Shown in pieces: positions 1 to 10,588 of a DNA stretch of 64,000 bases (the stretch's first letter is position 1; every line of letters begins with the position of its first letter). The position numbers were made by a program, and so were the translations under genes. Under the pieces are notes generated by a model. The model was not told the DNA's origin, did no database searches, and saw only the letters and a list, made by a program, of their open reading frames with translations. The stretch lies in assembly GCA_965243205.1 (NCBI GenBank), contig CBDEUK010000001.1:256001-320000 (forward strand), given 5' to 3'. This DNA is from Gammaproteobacteria bacterium (lineage in GTDB: Bacteria > Pseudomonadota > Gammaproteobacteria > Eutrophobiales > Eutrophobiaceae).

Positions 1-87
1 TTCTGCCACTGATAGTATTTGCATATTTGGCTCAGCAAACACAACCAAGGGGAAAAATATTAAGCTGCATATAAAGAATTTTTTCAT
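1..87 (-). CDS. fliP: Flagellar export protein FliP, 5' end only (runs off window)
   Basis: ATG at 87 reads MKKFFICSLIFFPLVVFAEPNMQILSVAE, a signal-peptide-like N-terminus, directly after fliO; identity rests mainly on synteny. Confidence 0.7.
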   Translation of the reverse strand, partial: MKKFFICSLIFFPLVVFAEPNMQILSVAE

Positions 88-90
88 CTA

Positions 91-564
91 TTAATTCCTC
101 AATGCCTGCATTTTTTCAGCGATCATTTTAGAAAACGTTTCTTTTAAATTATTTTTTTCAGCTTCGTTATCAATCACTATAGATTCTTCCATTACATATA
201 ATGTATTAATCGCCTGACCATTCACTCCGACAACAATTTGTTTTGTTCCTACATCAACAAGAAGTATTTTTTCATTAGAACTCAGATATAAGGTATCTAA
301 TATCTTTATCACTCCTTGATGGCGTCCTTGTATGGAAGGAATTTTTTTTAATAAATAAACTAATAAAAAAAACAAACCCAATACGAACATTAACCCTAGC
401 GTAACAACTAATACATTTGATGTGTCTATAGGCTTTGCTAAATCATTTACTGTCGTATCAGCAACAACAAAAACAGGTACAAAACTTATAAATATAGATA
501 TGTAAAATTTTGTTATTCGATATAAACGATTCTTATTGTAAGTTTTTAACACGTTCATGAGCAC
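91..564 (-). CDS. fliO: Flagellar biogenesis protein FliO
   Basis: TM helix then IKILDTLYLSSNEKILLVDVGTKQIVVGV; follows fliN; true start may be downstream. Confidence 0.85.
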   Translation of the reverse strand: MLMNVLKTYNKNRLYRITKFYISIFISFVPVFVVADTTVNDLAKPIDTSNVLVVTLGLMFVLGLFFLLVYLLKKIPSIQGRHQGVIKILDTLYLSSNEKILLVDVGTKQIVVGVNGQAINTLYVMEESIVIDNEAEKNNLKETFSKMIAEKMQALRN

Positions 565-949
565 TTATTACATCGGTTAAACGAATTCCATATTTCTCAT
601 TCACAACGACAATCTCTCCATGTGCTACTAAAGTATTATTCACCATAACATCCAAAGGTTCGCCAGCCAGTCTATCTAACTCAACAACGGATCCTTGATT
701 TAATTGTAAAAGATTGCGAATGTTTATACTGGTACTTCCAATCCTCACTGATAATGAAACTGGTATATCTAATATCGCTTCTAATTTAACATTGTCTTCA
801 GTATTAGTTTCTTCAGCAATTAACGTTTCCATTTGAGCTTGTTGAACATCAGCACCGCTTTCTTCTCCTGCTTCAGCATCAGCCTGCTCTTGCATTGCTG
901 CAGCCCAATCATCACCAGCTGCTTCTTCGGCGTTTGTATCATCGCTCAT
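533..949 (-). CDS. fliN: Flagellar motor switch protein FliN
   Basis: ILDIPVSLSVRIG...LLQLNQGSVVELDRLAGEPLDVMVN. Confidence 0.97.
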   Translation of the reverse strand: MSDDTNAEEAAGDDWAAAMQEQADAEAGEESGADVQQAQMETLIAEETNTEDNVKLEAILDIPVSLSVRIGSTSINIRNLLQLNQGSVVELDRLAGEPLDVMVNNTLVAHGEIVVVNEKYGIRLTDVISAHERVKNLQ

Positions 950-1959
950 GGGTTTTCCTCTTCTACTATTGTTAATTCTTTTGAAACCGTGTCATGTCTA
1001 ATCATCTCAATCACTTTTAAAGCTTGATTACCACGTGAGACACCATACTTGGCACGAAAAACAGGTATATCTTCAACTGTTGCTGTCACAAAATCAGGCT
1101 TATCAATTGGAATAACATCTCCAGGCTTCATATTTTTTATTTCATTTAATGTCATATCGACACTGGTTAAATTACTGCTTATTTCCAATGGCGCTTGTTC
1201 AATTTCGTCACGTAATGAATTTATCCATCGTTCGTCTGTCTCTGTCGAATCACTTTGTAACCCCGCATCTAATAAATCTTTTATGGGCTCTATCATCGAA
1301 TAAGGGAGTGTTAAATGTAATTCTCCACCCCCATTATCAAGTTCAACATTAATTGTTGAGATAACAACAACTTCGCTCGGACTGACTATATTTGCAAAAT
1401 GCGGATTAACTTCTGAACTAGAATGTTCAAAATCGAGATTGATAACGGGATCCCAAGCTTTTTTGTAATCTTTAAAGATGAGTTCAAGCACATTACCCAC
1501 AACTTGCATCTCAGTTGCAGTAAAATCACGACCTTCAATCTTCGTATGAAAACGTCCATCACCACCAAAAAAATTATCTACTAACGAATAAACTAATTTG
1601 GGATTAAGGACGATAAGGCCAGTACCTCTTAAAGGCCTAACCTTTATAAGATTCAAATTTGAAGGCATAAATAAACTGTGAATGTATTCCCCAAATTTAT
1701 TGGTCTGAATACCTTCAACAGTAATTGATGGAGAGCGTCTTAAAAAATTAAACAAGCTAATTCGGAAATTTCTTGCAAATCTTTCATTGACCATTTCCAA
1801 GGTCGGCATTCTGCCGCGAACAATTCTATCCTGACTGGTGAAATCATAATTTTTTAATTCACCATTATCTTCTTCCTCAGCATCAGTCTCTACATCACCA
1901 CTATCAACTCCAGTTAATAATGCATCAATTTCATCTTGTGAGAGAATATCTGTTGACAT
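946..1959 (-). CDS. fliM: Flagellar motor switch protein FliM
   Basis: LSQDEIDALL CheY-binding motif, DRIVRGRMPTLE. Confidence 0.97.
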   Translation of the reverse strand: MSTDILSQDEIDALLTGVDSGDVETDAEEEDNGELKNYDFTSQDRIVRGRMPTLEMVNERFARNFRISLFNFLRRSPSITVEGIQTNKFGEYIHSLFMPSNLNLIKVRPLRGTGLIVLNPKLVYSLVDNFFGGDGRFHTKIEGRDFTATEMQVVGNVLELIFKDYKKAWDPVINLDFEHSSSEVNPHFANIVSPSEVVVISTINVELDNGGGELHLTLPYSMIEPIKDLLDAGLQSDSTETDERWINSLRDEIEQAPLEISSNLTSVDMTLNEIKNMKPGDVIPIDKPDFVTATVEDIPVFRAKYGVSRGNQALKVIEMIRHDTVSKELTIVEEENP

Positions 1960-1979
1960 CTTACTACTCTCTATTGAAT

Positions 1980-2504
1980 CTATTGCATAACAAAACTAGT
2001 AAAGAAAATATTTTCAACGCCTTCTTTACCAGTTTCAGCTTTCATTACTTTCTGTATCTCAGTTAATATTTCATTTCTGGCAGTTTCCTTACCTTCAGGT
2101 GTAATTAAATCATCATAGGTTTTACTGCTAAGTAGCAAGACAATATTATTTCTGATTTGTGGTAAATGCTTTGTAACTTCAAGTTTTACGGCTTCTTCTC
2201 TTGTAATACCATCGATATTCACCTGTAAAAATCTGACTCGACTCTTACCTTGAAAATTAACAACAAAAGCAGGATCTAATGAAAAATAATATGCATCATT
2301 AGCTGCTGCTGTTTCTTCTTCTGTTGCACCTTCTTCAGTTTCAGTTTTCGCTTCAGCATCGGAACTTGAGCTTCCTAAAAGAAAAAATGCAGCGCCGCCT
2401 CCTATACTAAGACAAGCAACTAGCGCTATTATGATCAGCATTACTGGGCTTTTCTTTTTTTCTTCTTCAGTGGCGTTTTCTTCAGCCATTATTAACATCT
2501 CCAA
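1980..2504 (-). CDS. fliL: Flagellar basal body protein FliL
   Basis: Single TM, PAFVVN, C-terminal FFTSFVMQ. Confidence 0.93.
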   Translation of the reverse strand: MEMLIMAEENATEEEKKKSPVMLIIIALVACLSIGGGAAFFLLGSSSSDAEAKTETEEGATEEETAAANDAYYFSLDPAFVVNFQGKSRVRFLQVNIDGITREEAVKLEVTKHLPQIRNNIVLLLSSKTYDDLITPEGKETARNEILTEIQKVMKAETGKEGVENIFFTSFVMQ

Positions 2505-2529
2505 TAATAATTAACGATATTGAAGACTT

Positions 2530-2545
2530 AGCAAGCGGTATGCCA
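2530..2545 (-). promoter_or_regulatory. sigma54 -24/-12 promoter of fliL operon
   Basis: Minus strand TGGCATACCGCTTGCT (GG-N10-GC). Confidence 0.85.
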
Positions 2546-2598
2546 CGAAACTTTTCCCTTTTTAGATAAGGACTTAAGTGAATATCCATGAATCTCGT

Positions 2599-2612
2599 GT
2601 CAATGAATTGAC
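2599..2612. promoter_or_regulatory. FleQ-type binding box upstream of fliL
   Basis: Near-palindrome GTCAATGAATTGAC resembling the Pseudomonas FleQ box (GTCAATAAATTGAC), ~55 bp upstream of the sigma54 site. Confidence 0.65.
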
Positions 2613-2797
2613 AAAGTTAATTTCGCGTCAACAACACACGCGCTTTGAAATGATTAAAAACTAAACAATGCTAAATAATTAACTAAAATATTGATGATTC
2701 TTTGACTATTCTTAACTTAGATCAATGATAGAATTATTTATAAACTCTAATATATTAGCTTATAAATTTGATGTCTTAATAAAACGGAGAAAAAGCA

Positions 2798-4084
2798 GTG
2801 ATAACCCAACCAAGTAACGGTTCTAAAGTTCAAATCGAAAATGGAAAATTAATTGTACCTGATAACCCTATTATTCCTTTCATCGAAGGTGATGGCATTG
2901 GTCCTGATGTTTGGAAAGCATCTCAACGTATTATTGACGCCGCAATTGAATCTTCGTATGGCAGTTCACGCAAAATTCATTGGATGGAAATTTATGCGGG
3001 TGAAAAAGCTAACCAGACATTTGGTAAGTGGCTACCCGACGAAACCTTAGATGCCTGCAGAGAATATCTTGTAGCAATAAAAGGCCCATTAACCACACCT
3101 ATCGGCGGTGGAATTCGTTCTTTAAATGTGGCATTAAGACAAATTTTAGATTTATATGTATGCCTAAGACCTGTACGTTGGTTTGAAGGTGTGCCATCCC
3201 CTATTCGAAAGCCTGAACTTGTCGACATGGTTATTTTTCGTGAAAACACTGAAGACATATATGCCGGTATTGAGTTTGAAGCAGGCACAGAAGATAACCA
3301 ACGTTTATTAGAAGTCTTAGAAGAAAGTTTTCCGAGCTCTTACCAAAAAATTCGTTTCCCAAATACATCTGGCCTTGGCATTAAACCGATATCTCGTGAA
3401 GGAACGGAACGCTTGGTTCGTTCAGCAATTGAATATACGATTGATAATAATCGTAAGAGTCTAACCATTGTTCATAAAGGCAACATTATGAAGTACACGG
3501 AAGGCGCTTTTAGAAACTGGGGTTATCAATTAGCTGAAACAGAATATAAAGACCATTGCTACACTTGGGAACAATGGCAGCGTACAGCAGCTGAAAAAGG
3601 ACAAGACGTTGCGAATCAAGAACAAGAAGATGCATTAAATAGTGGAAAAATACTCGTTAAAGATGCGATTGCGGATATTACTTTACAACAAGTATTAACC
3701 AGGCCTGAAGACTTCGACGTCATAGCAACGATGAATTTAAACGGCGATTATTTATCTGACGCATTAGCTGCTCAAGTTGGCGGGATTGGTATTGCTCCTG
3801 GCGGCAATATCAACTACGACACTGGTCATGCCATATTTGAAGCAACACATGGTACTGCACCTAAGTATGCAAACTTAGATAAAGTAAATCCTGGTTCACT
3901 ACTTTTATCTGGTGAGATGATGCTTCGCTATCTTGGTTGGACGGAAGCAGCTGATAAAATAATTAATAGTATGGATAAAACTATTGCTGATAAAACCGTG
4001 ACGTATGATTTTGCCCGATTAATGGATGGAGCAACTGAAGTAAAATGCAGTGAATTTGCTGATGCTTTAATAAGAAATTTATAA
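2798..4084 (+). CDS. icd: NADP-dependent isocitrate dehydrogenase (dimeric, E. coli type)
   Basis: [44 protein letters not shown]. Confidence 0.97.
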   Translation: MITQPSNGSKVQIENGKLIVPDNPIIPFIEGDGIGPDVWKASQRIIDAAIESSYGSSRKIHWMEIYAGEKANQTFGKWLPDETLDACREYLVAIKGPLTTPIGGGIRSLNVALRQILDLYVCLRPVRWFEGVPSPIRKPELVDMVIFRENTEDIYAGIEFEAGTEDNQRLLEVLEESFPSSYQKIRFPNTSGLGIKPISREGTERLVRSAIEYTIDNNRKSLTIVHKGNIMKYTEGAFRNWGYQLAETEYKDHCYTWEQWQRTAAEKGQDVANQEQEDALNSGKILVKDAIADITLQQVLTRPEDFDVIATMNLNGDYLSDALAAQVGGIGIAPGGNINYDTGHAIFEATHGTAPKYANLDKVNPGSLLLSGEMMLRYLGWTEAADKIINSMDKTIADKTVTYDFARLMDGATEVKCSEFADALIRNL

Positions 4085-4096
4085 CCTTACTCTCTA

Positions 4097-5851
4097 ATGA
4101 GTCTTAATCCTAATAAGGAACTCATCGCTGAATGTTCGCAACTTATTTATGATGGGTTTATTCGTTATAACCAAGCGTTTTATCGGATCTCACGTCGTGC
4201 AAGAACTCGCTTTGAACAACGTGATTGGCAAGGACACCAAGAAGATATTGTTGCTAGAATAGATTTATACGAAAAATCTGTAAGACGTATTGTATTAGCT
4301 TTACGACGCACACTAGAAGATAAAATACATGATCAAGAGATCTGGTCTGACATCTTGCAATATTTTGGTGACCGTCTTAACCAAGTTCCTGATGCTGATT
4401 TTATAAAAACATTCTTTAATTCTGTCACCCGTCGAATTTTCGGTACTTTAGGTACGAATATAAATTTAGAATTTATATCTACGGGTCTTTCATCCGATAA
4501 AGCAGCCCTACATTCTTTAAGTATGAGACGTTACCCTTATTGGGATTCCATAGAGAAAATCTTTCAAACCATTTTAGAAGATTTTTCATTTCGTGTGCCT
4601 TATGACAATTTAAAAGGTAATGCAAAACGTATAGAGATGGATATTCATTACTATGTGAAGCAACATTTTAATACGGATGTCGATTATTTACGGTTTGAAT
4701 TTATAGATTCCTTTTTTTATCAAGCAGCACGCGCTTATCTTGTCGGCAGAATCATTTTTGATAAAGGTGTATTGCCCATTGTTATTGCTTTTAAAAATGA
4801 AGATGAAGGGATTACTACCGATGCCGTTTTAATGTCTGAACGTGAGATCAGTATCGTATTTGGTTATACACGTTCTTATTATTTTACTGATCCAAATTCG
4901 GTAATAGGAACCGTACATTTTTTACATTCTATTTTACCCAATAAACCAATCGATGAACTTTATACGGTACTCGGTAGGCTGCGCCAAGGTAAAACTGAAC
5001 GTCATAGAATTTTCTCTGAACATCTAAATAATACAACCGATCAGTTTGTACATGCCGATGGTGATCGAGGATTGGTCATGATCGTATTTACTTTACCTTC
5101 TTATGACTTAGTGTTTAAAATTATTCGCGATAAATTTGGTTACCCAAAAAATGTTACACGCGAAGAAGTTATCGAAAAATACAAATTAGTTTCCAAACAT
5201 GACCGCGCTGGTCGTTTAATCGATACTCAAGAATTTTTGAACATCACTTTTCCTATTAATCGATTTTCTGATGAATTATTAGATGAATTATTTTCTGAAG
5301 CTGGAGATTCCGTTATTCAAGAAGATGATAATCTTTTAATACGTCATGTCTATGTTGAACGTAGAGTACGACCACTCAATATTTATATTAATGAAGTATC
5401 AAAAGAAGATGCAAGACTTGCTATATTGGATTATGGTCAAGCGCTAAAAGATTTAGCAAATACAAATATTTTTCCAGGCGATTTATTATTGAAAAACTTT
5501 GGCGTCACACATCATAACCGTGTTGTATTTTATGATTATGATGAAGTTGCGCTAGTGACTGAATGTAACTTTCGAGATATACCTGAAAGTAATGACATAA
5601 TTGATGATATGCGAGATGACACTTGGTATTTCGTTAATAACAACGATATCTTCCCTGAAGAATTCGTTAAGTTTTTATCTATGGATAGTGAATTACGTTC
5701 TTTATTTATTTTATTCCATGGAGATATCTTAACTGCTGATTATTGGCGAAAGATAAAACGTCAACATGAAACCGGCGAAGTTCAATTGGTTGTACCATAT
5801 CACCGCCCAGTACTACCGACTGATTCTTTTCCACAAAGACAAAAAGTTTAA
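4097..5851 (+). CDS. aceK: Isocitrate dehydrogenase kinase/phosphatase
   Basis: GLVMIVFTLPSYDLVFKIIRD, NIFPGDLLLKNFGVT, RVVFYDYDE, DIFPEEF. Confidence 0.95.
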   Translation: MSLNPNKELIAECSQLIYDGFIRYNQAFYRISRRARTRFEQRDWQGHQEDIVARIDLYEKSVRRIVLALRRTLEDKIHDQEIWSDILQYFGDRLNQVPDADFIKTFFNSVTRRIFGTLGTNINLEFISTGLSSDKAALHSLSMRRYPYWDSIEKIFQTILEDFSFRVPYDNLKGNAKRIEMDIHYYVKQHFNTDVDYLRFEFIDSFFYQAARAYLVGRIIFDKGVLPIVIAFKNEDEGITTDAVLMSEREISIVFGYTRSYYFTDPNSVIGTVHFLHSILPNKPIDELYTVLGRLRQGKTERHRIFSEHLNNTTDQFVHADGDRGLVMIVFTLPSYDLVFKIIRDKFGYPKNVTREEVIEKYKLVSKHDRAGRLIDTQEFLNITFPINRFSDELLDELFSEAGDSVIQEDDNLLIRHVYVERRVRPLNIYINEVSKEDARLAILDYGQALKDLANTNIFPGDLLLKNFGVTHHNRVVFYDYDEVALVTECNFRDIPESNDIIDDMRDDTWYFVNNNDIFPEEFVKFLSMDSELRSLFILFHGDILTADYWRKIKRQHETGEVQLVVPYHRPVLPTDSFPQRQKV

Positions 5852-7629
5852 TCAGGAATAATGCGTTTTTTTACATAACTTCCAGGGGCATTTTCAATCA
5901 CGCCTAATTTCTTTCCTGGTTTTCTTGCTGTTACTTTTTTACCAGATTGTTTACTTATCCATTCCACCCAATCTGTCCACCAAGAACCTTCATATTGCTT
6001 TGCAGAATCAATCCATGCATCAGGTTCAAGATCAATATTTTCGTTCGTCATATAATAATATTTATTTTTATGAGGTGGATTAATCACACCTGCAATATGG
6101 CCAGAACCACCTAATACAAAACGAATATCCGAGGATAATAGTTTTGCACCATAGAAAATAGATTTCCAAGGAGTAATATGATCTTCAATCGTTGAAACAA
6201 AATAACTAGGCGTTTTAATTTTTCTTACATCAATATCTACACCAGCTAAAGTTACTCCATCAGGATCTTTCAAACTATTTTCTAAATAACAGGTCCTTAA
6301 ATAAAAACTATGATTAGGGCCCGGTAAGCGTGTGGAGTCTGAATTCCAATACAATAAATCAAATGCGGTAGGTTCTTCACCTAATAAATAATTATTAATA
6401 TAAAACGGCCATATCAGATCATTAGCACGTAACATATTAAACACAGATGCCATTGTCGTCCCATCAAGATAGCCATTTTCTTGCATCTCGCTTTCTAAAG
6501 AAGCAAGTTGGCTTTCATCAACAAATAATCCAAGATCTCCAGGCTCTGAAAAATCAATTAATGTCGTAAAGAAAGTACAAGTATTAATCTTCTTCATACG
6601 TTTGGATGTTAACCAAGCATTGGTTGTTGCTAACATTGTTCCGCCTATGCAATAACCAATAGTATTAACAGTAGGAGCGCCTGTTTCAGCTTTCACTTGA
6701 TCCAGTGCCTCAATCACACCATCAATCATATAATCTTCAAAAGTTTTATTAGCTTCTGCTTTTTCTGGATTTATCCAAGACATCACAAAAACCGTATGGC
6801 CTTGATCGACCGCGTACTTAATAAAACTATTTTCTTCTCTTAAATCCAAGATATAAAATTTATTAATCCAAGGTGGCACAATTAACAATGGTATTTCATA
6901 TACTTTCTTTGTACTCGGTGTATATTGAATTAATTGAAAGATATCATTTTCAAAAATTACACTACCTTCGGTCGTCGCAACATTTTTACCAATTTCAAAT
7001 GCAGAAAAATCTGTCATTTTGGTTAATAACTTTTCGCCTTTACCACGTTCCAAATCATTTAACATTGCTTTGAAACCATTCAATAAATTATCGCCGTTAC
7101 TTTCCAAAGTCTTACGAATCACTTGAGGGTTCGTCATGGCATAGTTTGTTGGAGATAATGCATCGACCCATTGCTTAGCAGCGAACTGTAATTTATTCGC
7201 AGTGGCTTCATCCATACCATCGGTAACCGCGAAATGTGAAAGAATGCATCTTGAAGCAAGCAAGTAATATTGCTTGATGAAATCAAAAACAGGATTGTTA
7301 TTCCAGTCTTCATCTTTGAACCGACGATCACTTTTATCTACATCAATGATCGGCTCAGAAGTAGCCCCATAAAACGCATTAAACGAATTACTCAATAACT
7401 TTGTATAGTCTGACCAGAACTCTTGTTGAATAGAAAACAAAGCTTCGGGTTGCGAGATCCAACTTTTCCATAACTCAGTAATGTCATCGTTCATAGCTTG
7501 ATTATTCATCTTCTGAAAAGCCGTTAACTGTGAATCGACGTACTTGTTCGCCATAGAAGTGACTTTCTCACCAATTTCCAGAAATGCTTCACTGGAAAAC
7601 CCATTCAAATCCTCTTTTTCATCAAACAT
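5848..7629 (-). CDS. phaC: Class I polyhydroxyalkanoate synthase
   Basis: PPWINKFYILDL, lipase-like box GYCIGG, DLLYWNSD, SGHIAG. Confidence 0.95.
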   Translation of the reverse strand: MFDEKEDLNGFSSEAFLEIGEKVTSMANKYVDSQLTAFQKMNNQAMNDDITELWKSWISQPEALFSIQQEFWSDYTKLLSNSFNAFYGATSEPIIDVDKSDRRFKDEDWNNNPVFDFIKQYYLLASRCILSHFAVTDGMDEATANKLQFAAKQWVDALSPTNYAMTNPQVIRKTLESNGDNLLNGFKAMLNDLERGKGEKLLTKMTDFSAFEIGKNVATTEGSVIFENDIFQLIQYTPSTKKVYEIPLLIVPPWINKFYILDLREENSFIKYAVDQGHTVFVMSWINPEKAEANKTFEDYMIDGVIEALDQVKAETGAPTVNTIGYCIGGTMLATTNAWLTSKRMKKINTCTFFTTLIDFSEPGDLGLFVDESQLASLESEMQENGYLDGTTMASVFNMLRANDLIWPFYINNYLLGEEPTAFDLLYWNSDSTRLPGPNHSFYLRTCYLENSLKDPDGVTLAGVDIDVRKIKTPSYFVSTIEDHITPWKSIFYGAKLLSSDIRFVLGGSGHIAGVINPPHKNKYYYMTNENIDLEPDAWIDSAKQYEGSWWTDWVEWISKQSGKKVTARKPGKKLGVIENAPGSYVKKRIIPD

Positions 7630-7699
7630 TATGGAGCTCCAAAACCGTGTTGATTGTTATTAGCCGCATATACTTTCATTACTTTAATGTACATATAAA

Positions 7700-7714
7700 T
7701 TGTGCATTGCACAA
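7700..7714. promoter_or_regulatory. Palindrome upstream of phaC, putative PhaR-type operator
   Basis: TTGTGCATTGCACAA, 7-bp inverted repeat containing TGC-N3-GCA. Confidence 0.5.
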
Positions 7715-7821
7715 CTTTGATTTAGTCTTTTATTCTTTTTCTCATGAAAACAGTTAGTTAGTCAAAACATGCTAGCTCATATAGACTAACCATATTGAAC
7801 ATCGAACGGGGAAAGTTAGGT

Positions 7822-9294
7822 ATGAGTAATTTTTTAATTGGGGGAAATGGTGAAACCAAAGTTGAATTGATTTCCGCAATGGCTAATCGCCATGGCATGA
7901 TTGCTGGTGCAACCGGAACTGGTAAAACGGTTACTTTACAGATATTTGCAGAATCGTTTTCTAAAATTGGCGTGCCTACCTTCATGGCTGATGTTAAAGG
8001 CGACCTCTCTGGTATTGCTAAGCCTGGCAAAGCTCACCCTAAAATAGATGAACGGGTCAACACCATCGGTATTGAGAACTACTCATTTAACGGCAACCCT
8101 GTTGTGTTCTGGGATATGTTTACCAAACAAGGCCATCCTGTTCGTACCACTATTTCGGAAATGGGGCCGTTATTGCTATCTAGTTTGTTCGATCTCAATG
8201 AAACACAAACTGGTGTTTTATACAGTGCATTCAGTATTGCCGATGACAATGGTATGTTGTTATTAGATCTAAAAGACTTACGCTCCATGTTGAACTGGAT
8301 GGGTGAAAATCGCAAAGAGTTGTCAACCGAATACGGCAATATTTCTACTGCAAGCATTGGTGCTATTCAAAGACGACTATTAGTATTAGAAGAGCAAGGC
8401 GGTGAAAATTTCTTTGCTGAACCTGCGATTAAAATTGATGACTTAATGATGACCGACTTATCAGGTCGTGGCATTGTGAACATCATGGATGTAACAAAAC
8501 TCATTAATGAATCTCCTAAACTATATGCAACATTTTTATTATGGCTTTTATCTGAATTATTCGAACAACTTCCAGAGGTCGGTGATGCTGATAAACCTAA
8601 ATTAGTATTATTTTTTGACGAAGCACATCTATTATTCGATCAAGCACCAAAGGCATTATTAGAAAAGATAGAACAAGTTGTACGTTTAATTCGCTCTAAA
8701 GGCGTAGGTGTTTTCTTTATTAGCCAAAGTCCTATGGATGTTCCAATGGATATTCTTGGCCAACTAGGCGCACGTGTACAACATGCCCTAAGAGCCTTTA
8801 CGCCTAGAGATAAAAAAGCCATTAAGATCGTAGCTGAAACTTTTAGACAAAATCCAAATATCGATACCCAAGAAGTTATTACTCAATTGGGTTTAGGTGA
8901 AGCGTTAGTTTCTATCTTAGATGAAGAAGGAGCTCCAACCCAAGTAGAACAAATTTTAATTCGTCCTCCAGAATCACAGATCGGTCCATTAACAGCGGAA
9001 GAACGCAAAGAAATCATGGAACGCTCCCCATTTAAAGGACGATACGATGAAATGGTTGATCGTGAATCAGCCTTTGAAATGTTAAAGCAACGAACGGAAG
9101 AATTAGAAAAACAAAAGGCTGCGGAAGAAGAACGCATTAAACAAGAAAAAGACGAAGCAAAAGCTAAGAAAAAATCTTCTGGCCGCAAACGCCAAGGCAT
9201 TGGTGAGACATTATTAAAAAGTGTTGCCAGAACCGTTGGTACTCAAGTCGGTAGAAAAATCGTACGAGGAATTTTAGGTTCTTTATTAAAATAA
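7822..9294 (+). CDS. DUF853/YjgR HerA-like P-loop ATPase
   Basis: NRHGMIAGATGTGKT, FFDEAHLLF, RLIRSKGVG; ATG 7822 preferred to TTG 7795. Confidence 0.9.
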   Translation: MSNFLIGGNGETKVELISAMANRHGMIAGATGTGKTVTLQIFAESFSKIGVPTFMADVKGDLSGIAKPGKAHPKIDERVNTIGIENYSFNGNPVVFWDMFTKQGHPVRTTISEMGPLLLSSLFDLNETQTGVLYSAFSIADDNGMLLLDLKDLRSMLNWMGENRKELSTEYGNISTASIGAIQRRLLVLEEQGGENFFAEPAIKIDDLMMTDLSGRGIVNIMDVTKLINESPKLYATFLLWLLSELFEQLPEVGDADKPKLVLFFDEAHLLFDQAPKALLEKIEQVVRLIRSKGVGVFFISQSPMDVPMDILGQLGARVQHALRAFTPRDKKAIKIVAETFRQNPNIDTQEVITQLGLGEALVSILDEEGAPTQVEQILIRPPESQIGPLTAEERKEIMERSPFKGRYDEMVDRESAFEMLKQRTEELEKQKAAEEERIKQEKDEAKAKKKSSGRKRQGIGETLLKSVARTVGTQVGRKIVRGILGSLLK

Positions 9295-9307
9295 TATTTT
9301 TTATCTA

Positions 9308-10048
9308 TTAAAAACCCAATAAAGCTAAATTCTTATTAAGTTCAGTATCATTCGGATAGATAGTTAATGCTTTTTCATAAACTACTTTTGCTTTTTTAAG
9401 TAATACACTATCTTGCTTTTCATAACCTTCTTGATGATAAGTTTTTGCAATCAATACTAAAGCATTTTTATCGTTAGTATTGTAGGCAAGAGATTTATAT
9501 AAATACTGTCTGGATTCTTTATAACGCTTTTTCTCAAACAATTTAAATGCTTCAATATTATAAATCCCTGAGATGCCAGTACGCATTTTAGTGACGTATT
9601 GTTTTGGAGTTAGATCTCCTTGTTTTGAAAAAGGGTGAAGTTTTATAAATTCTTTACTAATACCTGGAACGGTTACTATAAGTGTTGGATACCCAGTCCC
9701 TTTATATTTAGATTTAAAAAGTGAATGAGCTTTACTAGATTTTTCAGGGTTAATTTGGAGTTTTTGTAATTCAGAAGATAATTTTTTAAAAACTTTAGTC
9801 GTCAGATATTCATTATTCAATCTTCTACAATAGGAACACCAATCTGTATAAAAGTATATTATAAGGGGTGTTTGATCTTTAGAAGCTTTCTTAATAACCT
9901 TTGGATATTCATATCCTTTAGGCCAATTGGGTAGTTCATTAGCAAAACTTTGTATCGATATAAAAATCAAAGCTAGCAAAATTATAAATCTACTCATCCA
10001 TACTTCTCCATAATTCAATCTTCTTTTTGTAAACCCATTAAACTTCAT
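9308..10048 (-). CDS. Exported thioredoxin-fold protein with C-terminal TPR-like helices
   Basis: Signal peptide, WCSYC, GYPT cis-Pro loop, TPR-like C-terminus. Confidence 0.75.
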   Translation of the reverse strand: MKFNGFTKRRLNYGEVWMSRFIILLALIFISIQSFANELPNWPKGYEYPKVIKKASKDQTPLIIYFYTDWCSYCRRLNNEYLTTKVFKKLSSELQKLQINPEKSSKAHSLFKSKYKGTGYPTLIVTVPGISKEFIKLHPFSKQGDLTPKQYVTKMRTGISGIYNIEAFKLFEKKRYKESRQYLYKSLAYNTNDKNALVLIAKTYHQEGYEKQDSVLLKKAKVVYEKALTIYPNDTELNKNLALLGF

Positions 10049-10084
10049 TACATATGATTTAAAATCTCTGTTGTTCTTGATGTC

Positions 10085-10513
10085 CTATTCCTTAAAAACA
10101 GGCAAACCAGCCTTTTTCCACGATTTATAGTGCCCTTTTAATTCAATAGGATTTTCAAAACCCGCTTGTTTTAATAATTTAATCGCTTTTCTTGCTCTCG
10201 GACCACCGTGGCAATAAACCACGATCAAATCATTTTTATTATTGGCAAGCTGTGATAATTGCTTAGAAAGTTGTTTGATCGGGATATGTATCGCGCTTTT
10301 TATATGACCCTTATCAAATTCCTTTTGCGTACGCACATCTAGAATCACGGGTACATCGTTGTTCGTTATCTGAGAGTGTAATTCTTCAGCTGAAATGAAC
10401 TCGTTAGTGCTGGAAGAACACGAAAATAAACTGAATAGAAACATGCAAAAAAATGGTAAAACTCTTGGAAAAATCATAGGAATTAAGATAGAGTTGTATT
10501 TACGGTTGGTCAA
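10085..10513 (-). CDS. Rhodanese-like domain protein (possibly exported/lipoprotein)
   Basis: ILDVRTQKEFDKGHI, VVYCHGGPRA, LKGHYKSWK; start uncertain. Confidence 0.85.
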   Translation of the reverse strand: MTNRKYNSILIPMIFPRVLPFFCMFLFSLFSCSSSTNEFISAEELHSQITNNDVPVILDVRTQKEFDKGHIKSAIHIPIKQLSKQLSQLANNKNDLIVVYCHGGPRARKAIKLLKQAGFENPIELKGHYKSWKKAGLPVFKE

Positions 10514-10559
10514 GGTTAAACCGTCATCTTTATCGATATGCTTGTTCAGATACAGAGAT

Positions 10560-10588
10560 AAAAAAAAACCGCTAGAAATCTAGCGGTT
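10560..10588 (-). terminator. Rho-independent terminator, copy 1
   Basis: Minus strand AACCGCTAGA-TT-TCTAGCGG followed by a long T run. Confidence 0.85.
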
